A DNA stretch of 25,199 bases from a virus (IMGVR_UViG_3300025673_000019:1-25199), one strand, 5' to 3'; counted from the first letter of the stretch, positions 1-9,666 are shown. Numbers and translations: made by a program. Notes: generated from the sequence alone by a model not told the origin.

Positions 1-2
1 AC

Positions 3-137
3 AGGTCAATTGAGCGATGTTGGTGTGGTGGTGGGTTGATAACGTTTTACAGTAGAAATGAGCGCGTTTGTATTTCTGAAAAGTGCGGCAGAAAGTACGA
101 TTTGCATGATGGCGTAGAAATAAAACATCAGAGGTGA
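3..137 (+). CDS. Partial (3' end) small zinc-ribbon-like protein
   Basis: Hand translation of frame 3: RSIERCWCGGGLITFYSRNERVCISEKCGRKYDLHDGVEIKHQR*, with CxC...Cx4C. Its stop overlaps the GAGGTG SD of terS. Confidence 0.5.
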   Translation, partial: RSIERCWCGGGLITFYSRNERVCISEKCGRKYDLHDGVEIKHQR

Positions 138-141
138 TGAT

Positions 142-492
142 ATGAACAAGGATGGCAGACCATTAATAGAAATAGATTGGGAACAAGTCGATGAAATGTG
201 TCAGATTCAATGTACTGGCGAGGAACAAGCTGGAATTCTTGGCATTGATTATGAAACGCTGAATAGGGCGTGTAAACGCGAGAAAGACCTGAGTTTTAAG
301 GACTATTACGCCCAAAAAAGTGCTGGTGGCAAGAAAAGTTTAAGACGCAGACAATATACCACAGCAATGGAGGGCAACCCGACCATGCTGGTTTGGCTAG
401 GAAAGAACTGGCTAGGGCAGACCGACAAAATTGAAGCTGATGTTGTGAACTTGCCCAAATTGGATATAACGGTCGTTCGTGATTCTGAGTAA
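142..492 (+). CDS. terS: Terminase small subunit
   Basis: GAGGTG SD. N-terminal GRP plus HTH-like segment, and 'GNPTMLVWLGKNWLGQTD' typical of TerS. Overlaps terL. Confidence 0.85.
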   Translation: MNKDGRPLIEIDWEQVDEMCQIQCTGEEQAGILGIDYETLNRACKREKDLSFKDYYAQKSAGGKKSLRRRQYTTAMEGNPTMLVWLGKNWLGQTDKIEADVVNLPKLDITVVRDSE

Positions 493-1690
493 AGCGCAGT
501 CAAAGATATTTGAATGTGATGACCGCTTTCGTGTTGTGGTAGCTGGTAGACGGTTCGGCAAAACAACGCTGTCACTGGTTGAGTTATTGCGCGTGGCTTT
601 AGACCGCAAGACTAAGGTTTACTATGTTGCGCCAACCTACAAATCAGCAAAGGAAATCGCATGGCAAATGCTGAACGATTCCATCCCAAGCGGTTACATT
701 TCTAAGAAACACGAAACCGAATTGAAGATGACTTTGCGTAACGGTTCAACCATTGCGCTAAAAGGTGCTGATAATTATGACAGTCTGCGCGGTGTAGGCT
801 TAGATTTTATCGTGCTTGATGAGTTTGCTGATATGCACCCTGACGCATGGTTTCATGTGTTGCGTCCAACATTATCTGATACTGGCGGCAGAGCATTATT
901 TATTGGCTCGCCTAAAGGACGCAATCACTTCTATGATTTGTGGACTAGGGGCATTGATGGTGCTGATGGTTGGGATTCGTTTCAGTACACAACCCTCGAT
1001 GGCGGTTATGTTCCACCCGAAGAAATTGAATCGGCTAAATCAGATTTAGACTCGCGAACATTTCAGCAAGAGTATGAAGCGCAGTTTGTGAATTATGAGG
1101 GCATCATCTATTACAATTTCAACCGCAAAGAGTCTGTTAAGCAAACCAATAAAACCAAGCAATACCACATCGGAATTGATATGAACATTAACCCGATGAG
1201 TGCAGTGGTTATGGGTATTGATGGCGCAACAATGAACGTGTTGGATGAGGTGGTTATCTTTGGCAGTAATACGGCTGAGTTGATGGATGAATTGCATCAG
1301 CGCGGCTACACCACAGACAAAGCAACGCTTTATCCAGACCCAGCTTGCAGACAACGAAAAACCAGTGCTGGCGGCAAGACTGATTTGAGCATTATGGAGA
1401 ACGCCGGTTATAGGGTAAGGGTGCGTAATAAGCACACGGCTGTGAGGGATAGAATCAACGCAGTCAATTCACGATTATTAAACGGCAAGGGCGAGCGGCA
1501 CTTGTTCGTTGACCCGAAATGCAACACGGTTATCAGGTGTCTGGAAAGGCACATTTACAAAGAGGGAACTTCACAACCCGAAAAGGATTCGGGATTTGAC
1601 CACATGAACGATGCTTTAGGCTATGCGGTGGATTTTTTATATCCAATAAAGAAATCCTATGATGAACAACCAATGACACGATGGACTTAA
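479..1690 (+). CDS. terL: Terminase large subunit
   Basis: Walker A AGRRFGKT, Walker B FIVLDE, RNase H-like nuclease motifs GIDMN and DHMNDALGY. GTG start. Confidence 0.97.
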   Translation: MILSKAQSKIFECDDRFRVVVAGRRFGKTTLSLVELLRVALDRKTKVYYVAPTYKSAKEIAWQMLNDSIPSGYISKKHETELKMTLRNGSTIALKGADNYDSLRGVGLDFIVLDEFADMHPDAWFHVLRPTLSDTGGRALFIGSPKGRNHFYDLWTRGIDGADGWDSFQYTTLDGGYVPPEEIESAKSDLDSRTFQQEYEAQFVNYEGIIYYNFNRKESVKQTNKTKQYHIGIDMNINPMSAVVMGIDGATMNVLDEVVIFGSNTAELMDELHQRGYTTDKATLYPDPACRQRKTSAGGKTDLSIMENAGYRVRVRNKHTAVRDRINAVNSRLLNGKGERHLFVDPKCNTVIRCLERHIYKEGTSQPEKDSGFDHMNDALGYAVDFLYPIKKSYDEQPMTRWT

Positions 1691-1693
1691 ATT

Positions 1694-3049
1694 ATGGCTA
1701 TTACAGAAAAGAACGATATTTATAACGGCAACGCAAGTTTGTGGGAATTTTACTTGCGAAGTTTCTTAGGTGGCAAGGATTATCAGGACGGTGATTATTT
1801 AATTAAATACACCCTTGAGGATGCAGATGAATATAACAAGCGCATATCCTTAACACCAATCGACAACCATTGCAGAAATGTCGTGCAGATATTTTCTAGC
1901 TTTGTCTGGCGCGTACCACCAAAGAGGGATTTGGGTAATTTAGGCGATGACCCAGCCATTAACGCTTTCCTTGCGGATGCTGATTTAGATGGGCGCGAAC
2001 TGAATGAATTTATGCGTGATGCACAAATCTGGTCTAGTGTTTATGGGCATTGTTGGCTGTTGGTTGATAAACCACCATCAAATGCTAAAACCAGAGCAGA
2101 AGAATTAGACCAAGATATTCGCCCTTATATCCAGTTAATTACACCAGAGAATGTATTTGATTGGCGTTATGAACGTGCTGAGTCTGGGCGATATGTTTTA
2201 ACTTATCTGAAAGTCAGGGAATGGGTTGAGGGTGATGAGCAGTTCTTTAGGGTTTGGACTAGCGATAAGATTGAGGGTTGGAGTGTTATTGGTGACGAGG
2301 AAAAGAAAGTCATCGACATTGATAACCCATTGGGCATGATTCCAGCCGTCTGTTTATACGCTCAACGCTCACCAATTCGCGGCACAGGTATTTCAGACAT
2401 TGGCGACATTGCTTTAAAACAGAAAAGCATCTACAACAAGCTATCTGAAATTGAGCAATTAATCCGTATTAGTAACCACCCGTCACTGGTTAAAACACAG
2501 GGTACAGATGCCACTGCTGGGGCTGGTGCAATCATTCAGATGGATGACGACCTTGATGCTGGGTTGAAGCCGTATTTATTGCAACCATCTGGAACTAACC
2601 TAGACGCAATCAGAGCGTGTATAACGGACGAAGTTGAAGCGATTAACAGAATGGCACACATGGGCGCAGTTCGCGCCACTGAAGCGCAGACAAAGAGCGG
2701 TGTGGCATTACAGACTGAATTTCAGTTGTTAAATGCAAGGTTATCTGAGAAAGCGGCATTATTAGAGTTAGCAGAGGAACAAATCTGGGATATATTCGCG
2801 AAATGGCAAGGCATTGAAAACCAAGTGCTGACCGATTATAACAACGACTTTGATTTGCATGATTTAGGTGCTGAACTGGATTTCTTACAACGCGCCAAAG
2901 CATCTGGGATTAAATCAACGGCATTTGTTCACGGTGTTGATGAGGGCATTGCGAAACTGGTTCTTAAAGACACGGAACTTGATGAAGCACTAAGCCAAAT
3001 CAAGGCAAATACCATTGTAGTCGGTGAGTTTACTGATGGCATCGAATAA
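1694..3049 (+). CDS. Portal protein
   Basis: 451 aa directly after terL. 'DNPLGMIPAV' and 'KSGVALQ' motifs resemble SPP1-like portals. Confidence 0.9.
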   Translation: MAITEKNDIYNGNASLWEFYLRSFLGGKDYQDGDYLIKYTLEDADEYNKRISLTPIDNHCRNVVQIFSSFVWRVPPKRDLGNLGDDPAINAFLADADLDGRELNEFMRDAQIWSSVYGHCWLLVDKPPSNAKTRAEELDQDIRPYIQLITPENVFDWRYERAESGRYVLTYLKVREWVEGDEQFFRVWTSDKIEGWSVIGDEEKKVIDIDNPLGMIPAVCLYAQRSPIRGTGISDIGDIALKQKSIYNKLSEIEQLIRISNHPSLVKTQGTDATAGAGAIIQMDDDLDAGLKPYLLQPSGTNLDAIRACITDEVEAINRMAHMGAVRATEAQTKSGVALQTEFQLLNARLSEKAALLELAEEQIWDIFAKWQGIENQVLTDYNNDFDLHDLGAELDFLQRAKASGIKSTAFVHGVDEGIAKLVLKDTELDEALSQIKANTIVVGEFTDGIE

Positions 3050-3941
3050 CCGACACGCAAGAACGCTGGAAAAACTGGCTGACCAATACGAGCGGCTTTT
3101 AAACGAGTCGCTGGTTAAGTTTGAAAAGTCGATTGTTAATCAGTTGGCAAGTGCGCCAACATCAGCAGACAAGTTATTTGATTTGCAGTTTGCTTTGGGG
3201 ATGCGTCAATCATTGCGTGAAGCAGTTGAAAAGGAAGTGCTGACCGAGGTGCATAAGGCGATTGCTAACTTTGATGGTGCTGAGAAATCATTGATTGAAA
3301 TGTATGGTGCATCTGGTATTGATGAAGCCTTGCTGACGGTTGACCGTTCTATTGTCAGGCAACTTAAAAAGCTAACATTCCAAGGCTTTGAGGATGTGGC
3401 TGAAACCTTTATTGATTCCATTAGTCGGGAAATATACCAGAACACGCTAACGGCGAAACCATTGGCTGATTCAATACGAGCAGTTCAGCATCAAATCAAC
3501 GGTGTGTATATTCAGACCAATGACAATGAAGCACAGGCGTTGGTTGAGTTCATTGCGGAAAACAAGTTTGACCCAGCAATGGAAAGCGCAGTTGATGCGG
3601 CAGTTGAACAACTGCATACCAAATATGCTCGCGATAGGGTTGGCAACAATCTCAGGCGTTATGCAACGCAACAACTACACGATGGCTTAATGCAATATTC
3701 AGCATCAATCAATATGAAGATGGCTAACCAATTGGGTGCTGAACAATTTGAGTATTTTGGAACGGTGGTTGAGGATACGCGGCAATGGTGTAAAGACCAT
3801 ATCGGGCGAGTCATGACAGAACAAGAAATCAGGGATGAGTGGGCGAATAATAGTTGGGCAGGCAAATCATCAAGCGACCCATTTATAGCGCGTGGCGGTT
3901 ATAACTGTCGCCATCATTTCAGAGCAGTTTTCAAGGAGTAA
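3036..3941 (+). CDS. Minor head / head morphogenesis protein (MuF/SPP1 gp7-like)
   Basis: Follows the portal. C-terminal 'DTRQWC...GGYNCRHHF'. ATG 3036 is preferred over GTG 3024. Confidence 0.8.
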   Translation: MASNNRHARTLEKLADQYERLLNESLVKFEKSIVNQLASAPTSADKLFDLQFALGMRQSLREAVEKEVLTEVHKAIANFDGAEKSLIEMYGASGIDEALLTVDRSIVRQLKKLTFQGFEDVAETFIDSISREIYQNTLTAKPLADSIRAVQHQINGVYIQTNDNEAQALVEFIAENKFDPAMESAVDAAVEQLHTKYARDRVGNNLRRYATQQLHDGLMQYSASINMKMANQLGAEQFEYFGTVVEDTRQWCKDHIGRVMTEQEIRDEWANNSWAGKSSSDPFIARGGYNCRHHFRAVFKE

Positions 3942-3945
3942 TGTA

Positions 3946-4206
3946 ATGAGTAATGAGAATATAGAAAATATTCTAGTTGTAGACAAGAATGGTCGTGTGG
4001 TTGAACTGATTGACCTTGTGTTTACACTTGAAAGTCGCATCCTTAAAGATGCAATAAAATTGCATGAATTAAAAGAGCATGTGCGTGATTTACACGATGA
4101 AGTTCACAAATTGCACTCTTACTTACATTTAGACGAGGGTTTAGTGGAAGTGATGTTGCAAGACGGCAGAATAGTTGAAAAAACAAACAAGAACAGAAAA
4201 AACTAG
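3946..4206 (+). CDS. Hypothetical protein with coiled-coil segment
   Basis: AAGGAG SD before ATG 3946. Fills the gap between the minor head and scaffold genes. Confidence 0.6.
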   Translation: MSNENIENILVVDKNGRVVELIDLVFTLESRILKDAIKLHELKEHVRDLHDEVHKLHSYLHLDEGLVEVMLQDGRIVEKTNKNRKN

Positions 4207-4216
4207 AGGACACACA

Positions 4217-4852
4217 ATGGCAGAAGAAAAAGAGCAAGAGGTAATTGAAGAACCTATAACACCAGAGTTCACGCAAGAACAGGTTGATAAAATGGTTTCC
4301 GACAGATTGGCGCGTGAGCGTAAGAAATACGACAAGAAATATGCTGGCGTTGATGTTGATGCTTATAAGGGGTGGCAAGCAGAGCAAGAACAGGCTGAAG
4401 TTGACCGACAGAAAGAGCGTGGTGATTTTGAAGCTATCTTGAAAACCACAGTCGGCAAGAAAGACGATGAGATTAACCAGTTGAAAAACAGGCTAACCGA
4501 GATAGAAGTTGATGGTTCATTGTTACGCACAGCGAGTAATTTAAACGCCGTATCACCTGACCAAGTAGCTTCATTGTTGCGGAGTCAAGTTAGACTGGGG
4601 GATGATGGCAACGTGGAAGTCATTGACAAACAAGGGATTTTGCTGTATGGTGACACAGGAGAAATGAAAAAAGTTACTGACTTAGTTAGTGATTTTTTAA
4701 CAACGAACCCACATTTTGTTAAGGCATCTTTATCGGGTGCTGGCAGTGTAGGCAAAGTTGGCGGTGGAACGCAGACACCTAAACCTGTGGCTGAAATGAC
4801 TCATGATGAATATCGTGAGCATAGAAAGTCGATAGGGAGAGGTGTGCGGTAA
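4217..4852 (+). CDS. Capsid scaffolding protein
   Basis: GAGGA SD before ATG 4217. 'FTQEQVDKMVSDRLARERKK' motif, acidic coiled coil, located directly upstream of the capsid gene. Confidence 0.88.
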   Translation: MAEEKEQEVIEEPITPEFTQEQVDKMVSDRLARERKKYDKKYAGVDVDAYKGWQAEQEQAEVDRQKERGDFEAILKTTVGKKDDEINQLKNRLTEIEVDGSLLRTASNLNAVSPDQVASLLRSQVRLGDDGNVEVIDKQGILLYGDTGEMKKVTDLVSDFLTTNPHFVKASLSGAGSVGKVGGGTQTPKPVAEMTHDEYREHRKSIGRGVR

Positions 4853-4865
4853 ACCCAAATTGCCA

Positions 4866-4896
4866 TCCCTAGTTAAATTAATTATTTATTTAGGGA
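4866..4896 (+). promoter_or_regulatory. Hairpin overlapping the ribosome-binding site of the major capsid gene
   Basis: TCCCTA (4866-4871) pairs with TAGGGA (4891-4896), with inner stem TAAAT/ATTTA. AGGGA is 7 nt from ATG 4904. Confidence 0.55.
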
Positions 4897-4903
4897 AAAC
4901 TAA

Positions 4904-5740
4904 ATGGCATCTTCAACTACAACCACGCTAGATGATTTATTTACAAATATCATCGCTGAAGCGACATTCACCGCACAAGAACAATCATTGGTGCGGAATC
5001 TAGTTACAAATTACAGTCTTGCTGGTGATTCTGGCAAGACTATCCAAGTACCCATCTATCCAGCAGTGGCGGCGGCGGCGTTGACTGAGGGTTCAGATAT
5101 GTCCTCAACTGCGGTATCAACAAGCAATGTATCTATTACTGTTGCAGAAGTTGGTGTTCAAGCAGTATTAACCGATTTAGCGGCACAATCATCAGCGCGT
5201 GATGTTGCTGGAGATTTAGGTCGTGTGCTGGGCGAGGGTATCGCTAAGAAAATGGATGAAGATTTAATTGCTTTGTTCGATGGTTTTAGCACTTCATTCG
5301 GTTCAACCACAACTGAACTAACTGCGGCTGATATATTCAAAGCGGCGGCAACCTTACGCGCTAATAACGCAATCGGTTCACCAGTTGCGGTTATCCATCC
5401 ATACCAAGCCTACAACCTCAAAGCTAACTTAACCAACACATTCGCCAATCCAAATGGCGGTGATGCTCAGAACGCGGCAATGCGCTCTGGATATGTTGGC
5501 ACACTAGCTGGCGTTGATATTTATGAATCAGCAAATATAGCCATTGATGGTTCTGGTGATTCTAAAGGCGCAATGTTTGTACCAGCCGCATTAGGTCTAG
5601 CACTCAAATGGGATATTAAAATTGAGCCACAACGCGATGCAAGTATTCGTGGCTGGGAATTGAACGCAACCGCCGCTTATGGTGTTGGTGAACTTCAAGA
5701 CTCAATGGGTTGTGAACTCTACTTTGACGCTGGTCTGTAA
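4904..5740 (+). CDS. Major capsid protein (HK97 fold)
   Basis: 'GKTIQVPIY', 'LTEGSDM', 'VIHPYQAYNL' and 'GYVGTLAGVDIYES' motifs, plus position after the scaffold. Confidence 0.93.
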   Translation: MASSTTTTLDDLFTNIIAEATFTAQEQSLVRNLVTNYSLAGDSGKTIQVPIYPAVAAAALTEGSDMSSTAVSTSNVSITVAEVGVQAVLTDLAAQSSARDVAGDLGRVLGEGIAKKMDEDLIALFDGFSTSFGSTTTELTAADIFKAAATLRANNAIGSPVAVIHPYQAYNLKANLTNTFANPNGGDAQNAAMRSGYVGTLAGVDIYESANIAIDGSGDSKGAMFVPAALGLALKWDIKIEPQRDASIRGWELNATAAYGVGELQDSMGCELYFDAGL

Positions 5741-5745
5741 CCATT

Positions 5746-6159
5746 ATGGCAATGTCGCAAGATAGTGACCTAACGGCACTTCAACCCGACATTTTATCAC
5801 TTGGCATTAGTACGTTTGCGGCATCGCATACTAATGCTCAAGCTGATATTGAGCGCGAGTTGCGGAACGCTTGGTGGGCGAAAACTGGTAGAACTGGCGA
5901 ACTAAATTCTAGCAAACTAACCGAGTCTCAGTTTACTAAGTGTTCCTCTTTTCTTGTGTTGTGGAAGTATGCTTTACCCAAACTATCAACTTGGGGTGAC
6001 GGCGACAGATTTCTGGAAATGATTAAATTCTATCGGGCAAGGTTTGACGAGGAATTTGAGCAAGTTCTGAAAGACGGCGTTGAGTACGATGCAGATGGTG
6101 ACGGCTCAGTGGCTAACGCTGAAAAGGTTGCTATCCATCACGGCAGATTGACACGATGA
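5746..6159 (+). CDS. Head-tail adaptor (connector), putative
   Basis: 137 aa helical protein directly after the capsid gene; call rests on synteny. Confidence 0.65.
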   Translation: MAMSQDSDLTALQPDILSLGISTFAASHTNAQADIERELRNAWWAKTGRTGELNSSKLTESQFTKCSSFLVLWKYALPKLSTWGDGDRFLEMIKFYRARFDEEFEQVLKDGVEYDADGDGSVANAEKVAIHHGRLTR

Positions 6160-6581
6160 TTGCTTTGAAAATAGATACGAGCCAACTGGATAAGCGGTTG
6201 GCAACTATCGTTAGAGAGCAACCCACGAAAGTTGGTAAGGCGTTAGGTAGGACGGCATCACTGGGCATTCATATTTTGCTTGACCGTCTAAAGGTAGGGG
6301 AGGGTTTAAAGGGTGCTTTTAAGCCTTATTCTGAAAGCTATGCGTGGGATAGGCAAAACATCAAGCCTATAGCGCAAGTTGCTTTTGTTGATTTAAACCG
6401 CACTGGAAAAATGTGGAGTAGTTTAACGATTACGAAACTAACGCGCAGTAAGGCAGTTATCTCAGCAACAGGCGCACTCGATAAAAAGAAGATTGCTAAT
6501 ACCGACAAACAACGCAGATGGTTTGGTTTTAAGCCAGATGAAGAAAAGCGTTTGGTTCGATTCTTTGGGAAACAGTTATGA
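6156..6581 (+). CDS. Neck / virion morphogenesis protein (HK97 gp10 or Mu gpG-like), putative
   Basis: Basic protein with 'FKPYSESY', 'VDLNRTGKMWSS' and 'RRWFGF' motifs. ATGA overlap. Confidence 0.65.
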   Translation: MIALKIDTSQLDKRLATIVREQPTKVGKALGRTASLGIHILLDRLKVGEGLKGAFKPYSESYAWDRQNIKPIAQVAFVDLNRTGKMWSSLTITKLTRSKAVISATGALDKKKIANTDKQRRWFGFKPDEEKRLVRFFGKQL

Positions 6582-7012
6582 GTATTCGTGAATCTATTGC
6601 CGCGAATCTGGTAACTACTTTGTCAGGGATGACCACCCCAATTACATTGAAAAAGGTTGAACGCAATCCTTTTGATTTCGAGAAATTAAGCAACGCACAG
6701 TTTCCAGCGTGTTGGATTCAGAGCGGCGAAGAAACGCGCGAAGATTCCACCATGAATGAATCATCTTCTAAACGTGCGGCAGTTGTTAATTATCGGGTGA
6801 TTGGCTTTGTGAAAAGTTCAGCGATAGACACAGCACGAAATGAGTTGATTGAGGGAATTGAAGAAGTGCTTGATACCGATAGAACGCGCGGTGGTTATGC
6901 GTTAGATACGCAAGTCACTGAGGTAGGAACAGACGAGGGTGCTATTGACCCTGTGGGCGGCATTATTATGAATGTACGCATTGAATACAATTATGTTCGG
7001 GGAACAACATAA
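6578..7012 (+). CDS. Tail terminator protein, putative
   Basis: 'MSIRESIAANL...FPACWI...DRTRGGYALD' pattern, located before the tail tube gene. Confidence 0.7.
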   Translation: MSIRESIAANLVTTLSGMTTPITLKKVERNPFDFEKLSNAQFPACWIQSGEETREDSTMNESSSKRAAVVNYRVIGFVKSSAIDTARNELIEGIEEVLDTDRTRGGYALDTQVTEVGTDEGAIDPVGGIIMNVRIEYNYVRGTT

Positions 7013-7158
7013 TGAAAATGAGAATTGGCAAAGGCGGCACTATCATCAATGTTGAAGATAGGGCGGTTGAGCGAATGAAGTCGATGGGTTGGCAAGAAAT
7101 CAAACCATCAAAACCTAAATCTAAGGCTAAAAAGGTGAATAACGATGGCAACTCATAA
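7012..7158 (+). CDS. Small basic hypothetical protein (48 aa), absent from the ORF track
   Basis: MKMRIGKGGTIINVEDRAVERMKSMGWQEIKPSKPKSKAKKVNNDGNS*. TAATG coupling to the upstream stop; fills the gap. Confidence 0.75.
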   Translation: MKMRIGKGGTIINVEDRAVERMKSMGWQEIKPSKPKSKAKKVNNDGNS

Positions 7159-7537
7159 AGGTTCTGAGGGCGTAGTTAAAGTTGGCGCAAATACGATTGC
7201 GGAACTCAAAAGCTATAGCATCGAAGAAACGGCAAATACGATTGATACCACAACGCTGGGTGATTCTTCTGAAACCCATGTAACAGGTTTAAAGAAATGG
7301 TCAGGTTCAGCAGATTGTTTCTGGGATGAAACAGATACAAATGGACAGGTGGCATTAACCATTGGGTCATCTGTGACGATGAACTTTTACCCAGAGGGCG
7401 CAACTACTGGCGACAGATATGCGACAGGCACAGCAACAGTTGTTGGCGCAAGTGTTAACGCTGAATCTGATGGCATCGTGGAAACATCATTTAGCTTTAC
7501 TGGCACTGGCGACCTCACATGGGGTGCGGCTAGTTAA
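7145..7537 (+). CDS. Major tail tube protein
   Basis: AAGGTG SD. 'IDTTTLGD...VTGLKKWSGS...FSFTGTGDL' siphovirus tube pattern, followed by chaperone and tape measure genes. No sheath gene is present. Confidence 0.88.
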   Translation: MATHKGSEGVVKVGANTIAELKSYSIEETANTIDTTTLGDSSETHVTGLKKWSGSADCFWDETDTNGQVALTIGSSVTMNFYPEGATTGDRYATGTATVVGASVNAESDGIVETSFSFTGTGDLTWGAAS

Positions 7538-7893
7538 TGTCTGAAATTTTAGATGCGGCTAAAACCCAGTTCCGTGACAGGCTGTCAGGCAGTTTGTCGC
7601 AACTGGTTGTTCCAGAATGGGAAGTCAATGGAAAGCCGACAAAGATTTACTTTAAGCCAGCAATGACAATGAAAGAACAGGGTGAAGTTCTGCAATTAAC
7701 CAACACTAATAAACAAGCGGAATCTGTTGTGATGACGTTAATTATTAGGGCGTTGGATGCTGATGGCAAAAAGATGTTCAGACGAGCGCACATGACTGAG
7801 ATTATGAACCAGCTTGACCCTGATATTATTAGCCGCATTGTGGTTGAAATGGGCGGCGGCGAAGTGGACTTGGATGACGCACTAAAAAACTAA
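7537..7893 (+). CDS. Tail assembly chaperone (lambda gpG analogue)
   Basis: Lies between tube and tape measure genes and ends in the slippery CTA AAA AAC TAA. Confidence 0.88.
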   Translation: MSEILDAAKTQFRDRLSGSLSQLVVPEWEVNGKPTKIYFKPAMTMKEQGEVLQLTNTNKQAESVVMTLIIRALDADGKKMFRRAHMTEIMNQLDPDIISRIVVEMGGGEVDLDDALKN

Positions 7894-8030
7894 AAAGTGA
7901 CCATGATTTAAGGTTCTGTTTGCATCTGGCAGAACACTTACACAAGTCGTTAGACGAAATCATGGCACTTAGTACGGATGAAGTTTTGTTATGGGTTGCA
8001 CATTTGGAGTTAAAACGCGATGGCAAATGA
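7884..8030 (+). CDS. -1 frameshift extension of the tail chaperone (gpGT analogue)
   Basis: Heptamer A AAA AAC at 7884-7890. The -1 frame reads LKSDHDLRFCLHLAEHLHKSLDEIMALSTDEVLLWVAHLELKRDGK* to TGA 8028-8030, overlapping the tape measure start. Confidence 0.88.
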   Translation, partial: KKLKSDHDLRFCLHLAEHLHKSLDEIMALSTDEVLLWVAHLELKRDGK

Positions 8031-9666
8031 CGTAAAAATAGAAATAACCGCCCAAGACAAAACAAAGAAAGCTGTTTCCTCAGTCAATAAGGGATTCAGT
8101 GCGCTGAAACGTTCTGCTTTTGGCGTTAGGTCAGCTATTGCGGCTGTTGCTGGCGCAACAGGCATGGGGTTATTGATTCGCAATAGCTTTAACACCATTG
8201 ATGCGCTTGCTAAAACTTCCGACAAATTAGGCTTAACCACTGAATCATTAATCAGTTTACGCCATGCGGCAGAGCAAACAGGCGTGGCAACAAACACCCT
8301 TGATATGGCTTTGCAACGCATGACAAGGCGAATCGCTGAAGCCGCTCAAGGCACAGGTGAAGCTAAAGATGCACTTCGTGAGTTAGGGTTAGACGCTAGA
8401 GCGTTAGCGTTAATGTCGCCAGACCAAGCATTTAAAGAAATCGCTGGCGCAATGAAAGATGTTGGCGGTCAATCCGATAAGGTTAGATTAGCGTTCAAAC
8501 TATTCGACTCAGAGGGCGTGAATTTAGTTAATACCCTCGCTCTGGGTAAAACAGGCTTAAATGATATGGCGCGTGAAGCTGAATCATTAGGTCTAACCTT
8601 GAGTCGTGTTGATGCTCATAAAATAGAAATGGCTGGTGATGCAATTGGTCGCGCCACTGGTCTTGTTGAGGGATTGGCAAATAAAATAGTCGTTCAATTG
8701 TCGCCAGCAGTTACAGACGCATCAAATGCGTTTGTGAATCTTGCCATCAACATCAGAGATGCTTTCGGTGTGGGTGCATCATCAAAACCAAGACAAATAG
8801 GCTTTATTCTTGAGATACAAAAGGCGGTTGAGGGGTTGTCCTTAACGTACTTAAAACTTAAGTTAAGTATTGTGGAGGTAATGGCATCTTTATCGGCGGG
8901 GTTTGACCAAAAATTATTCGACACTCGCAACGCTGTTGCCGACCAGACTTGGGAGTTTTTAAAAGCCAGTAATGCGTTAGATAATTATAACGCTGGGTTG
9001 AGTCGTGCGGCTGATGCAAATCTAAAGCTAAAAACCAATACGCCGAAACAACCACCTAAACTTACTCAGCTTGAGCCAGTAAAGTTTGAGTTTGATGTGG
9101 ATGGTGCGACAGGCTTTAACGCCCAAATGAATAAAATGGCATTAGCTATTGGCGATGTTGACACGCAAGCGGTTGGTTTTATAGATAGGTTTTCAACAGG
9201 GTTAAGCACCCAGTTAACCCAAGCATTGATGACAGGTAAATTTTCATTCAAGAATTTCGCATTGTCTATTATTGCTGACTTAACCGCCATGATAATTAAA
9301 GCATTAATATTTAAAGCAATACAAAACGCGCTGATGGGAACGCCATTTGGTTTCTTGTTAGGTGCTGGTGGCGCATCTGGCGGTAATGTTACTGCGGCAA
9401 AAGGTAAGGCGGCTGGCGGCGGTTTAAATCGCGGCAAACCATTCATGGTTGGCGAGCAAGGTAGGGAGTTATTCGTCCCTAAAACAGATGGGCATTTAGT
9501 ACCAAATCACAAGCTAGATGGCGGCGAACCATTAGCGGTAACTTTCAACATCAATGCGATTGATACACAAACTGGCGTGGGTTTTCTTGTAAATAACAAG
9601 CAATCAATAATCGGCATGATTGACCAGGCATATCGTAAGCAAGGCAGACGCGGAGTTTCAGCATAA
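8020..9666 (+). CDS. Tail tape measure protein
   Basis: Ala/Leu-rich helical 548 aa protein. N-terminal 'VKIEITAQDKT', lambda-like 'FKNFALSIIADL', and 'AAGG...MVGEQGRELFVP'. Confidence 0.93.
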   Translation: MANDVKIEITAQDKTKKAVSSVNKGFSALKRSAFGVRSAIAAVAGATGMGLLIRNSFNTIDALAKTSDKLGLTTESLISLRHAAEQTGVATNTLDMALQRMTRRIAEAAQGTGEAKDALRELGLDARALALMSPDQAFKEIAGAMKDVGGQSDKVRLAFKLFDSEGVNLVNTLALGKTGLNDMAREAESLGLTLSRVDAHKIEMAGDAIGRATGLVEGLANKIVVQLSPAVTDASNAFVNLAINIRDAFGVGASSKPRQIGFILEIQKAVEGLSLTYLKLKLSIVEVMASLSAGFDQKLFDTRNAVADQTWEFLKASNALDNYNAGLSRAADANLKLKTNTPKQPPKLTQLEPVKFEFDVDGATGFNAQMNKMALAIGDVDTQAVGFIDRFSTGLSTQLTQALMTGKFSFKNFALSIIADLTAMIIKALIFKAIQNALMGTPFGFLLGAGGASGGNVTAAKGKAAGGGLNRGKPFMVGEQGRELFVPKTDGHLVPNHKLDGGEPLAVTFNINAIDTQTGVGFLVNNKQSIIGMIDQAYRKQGRRGVSA

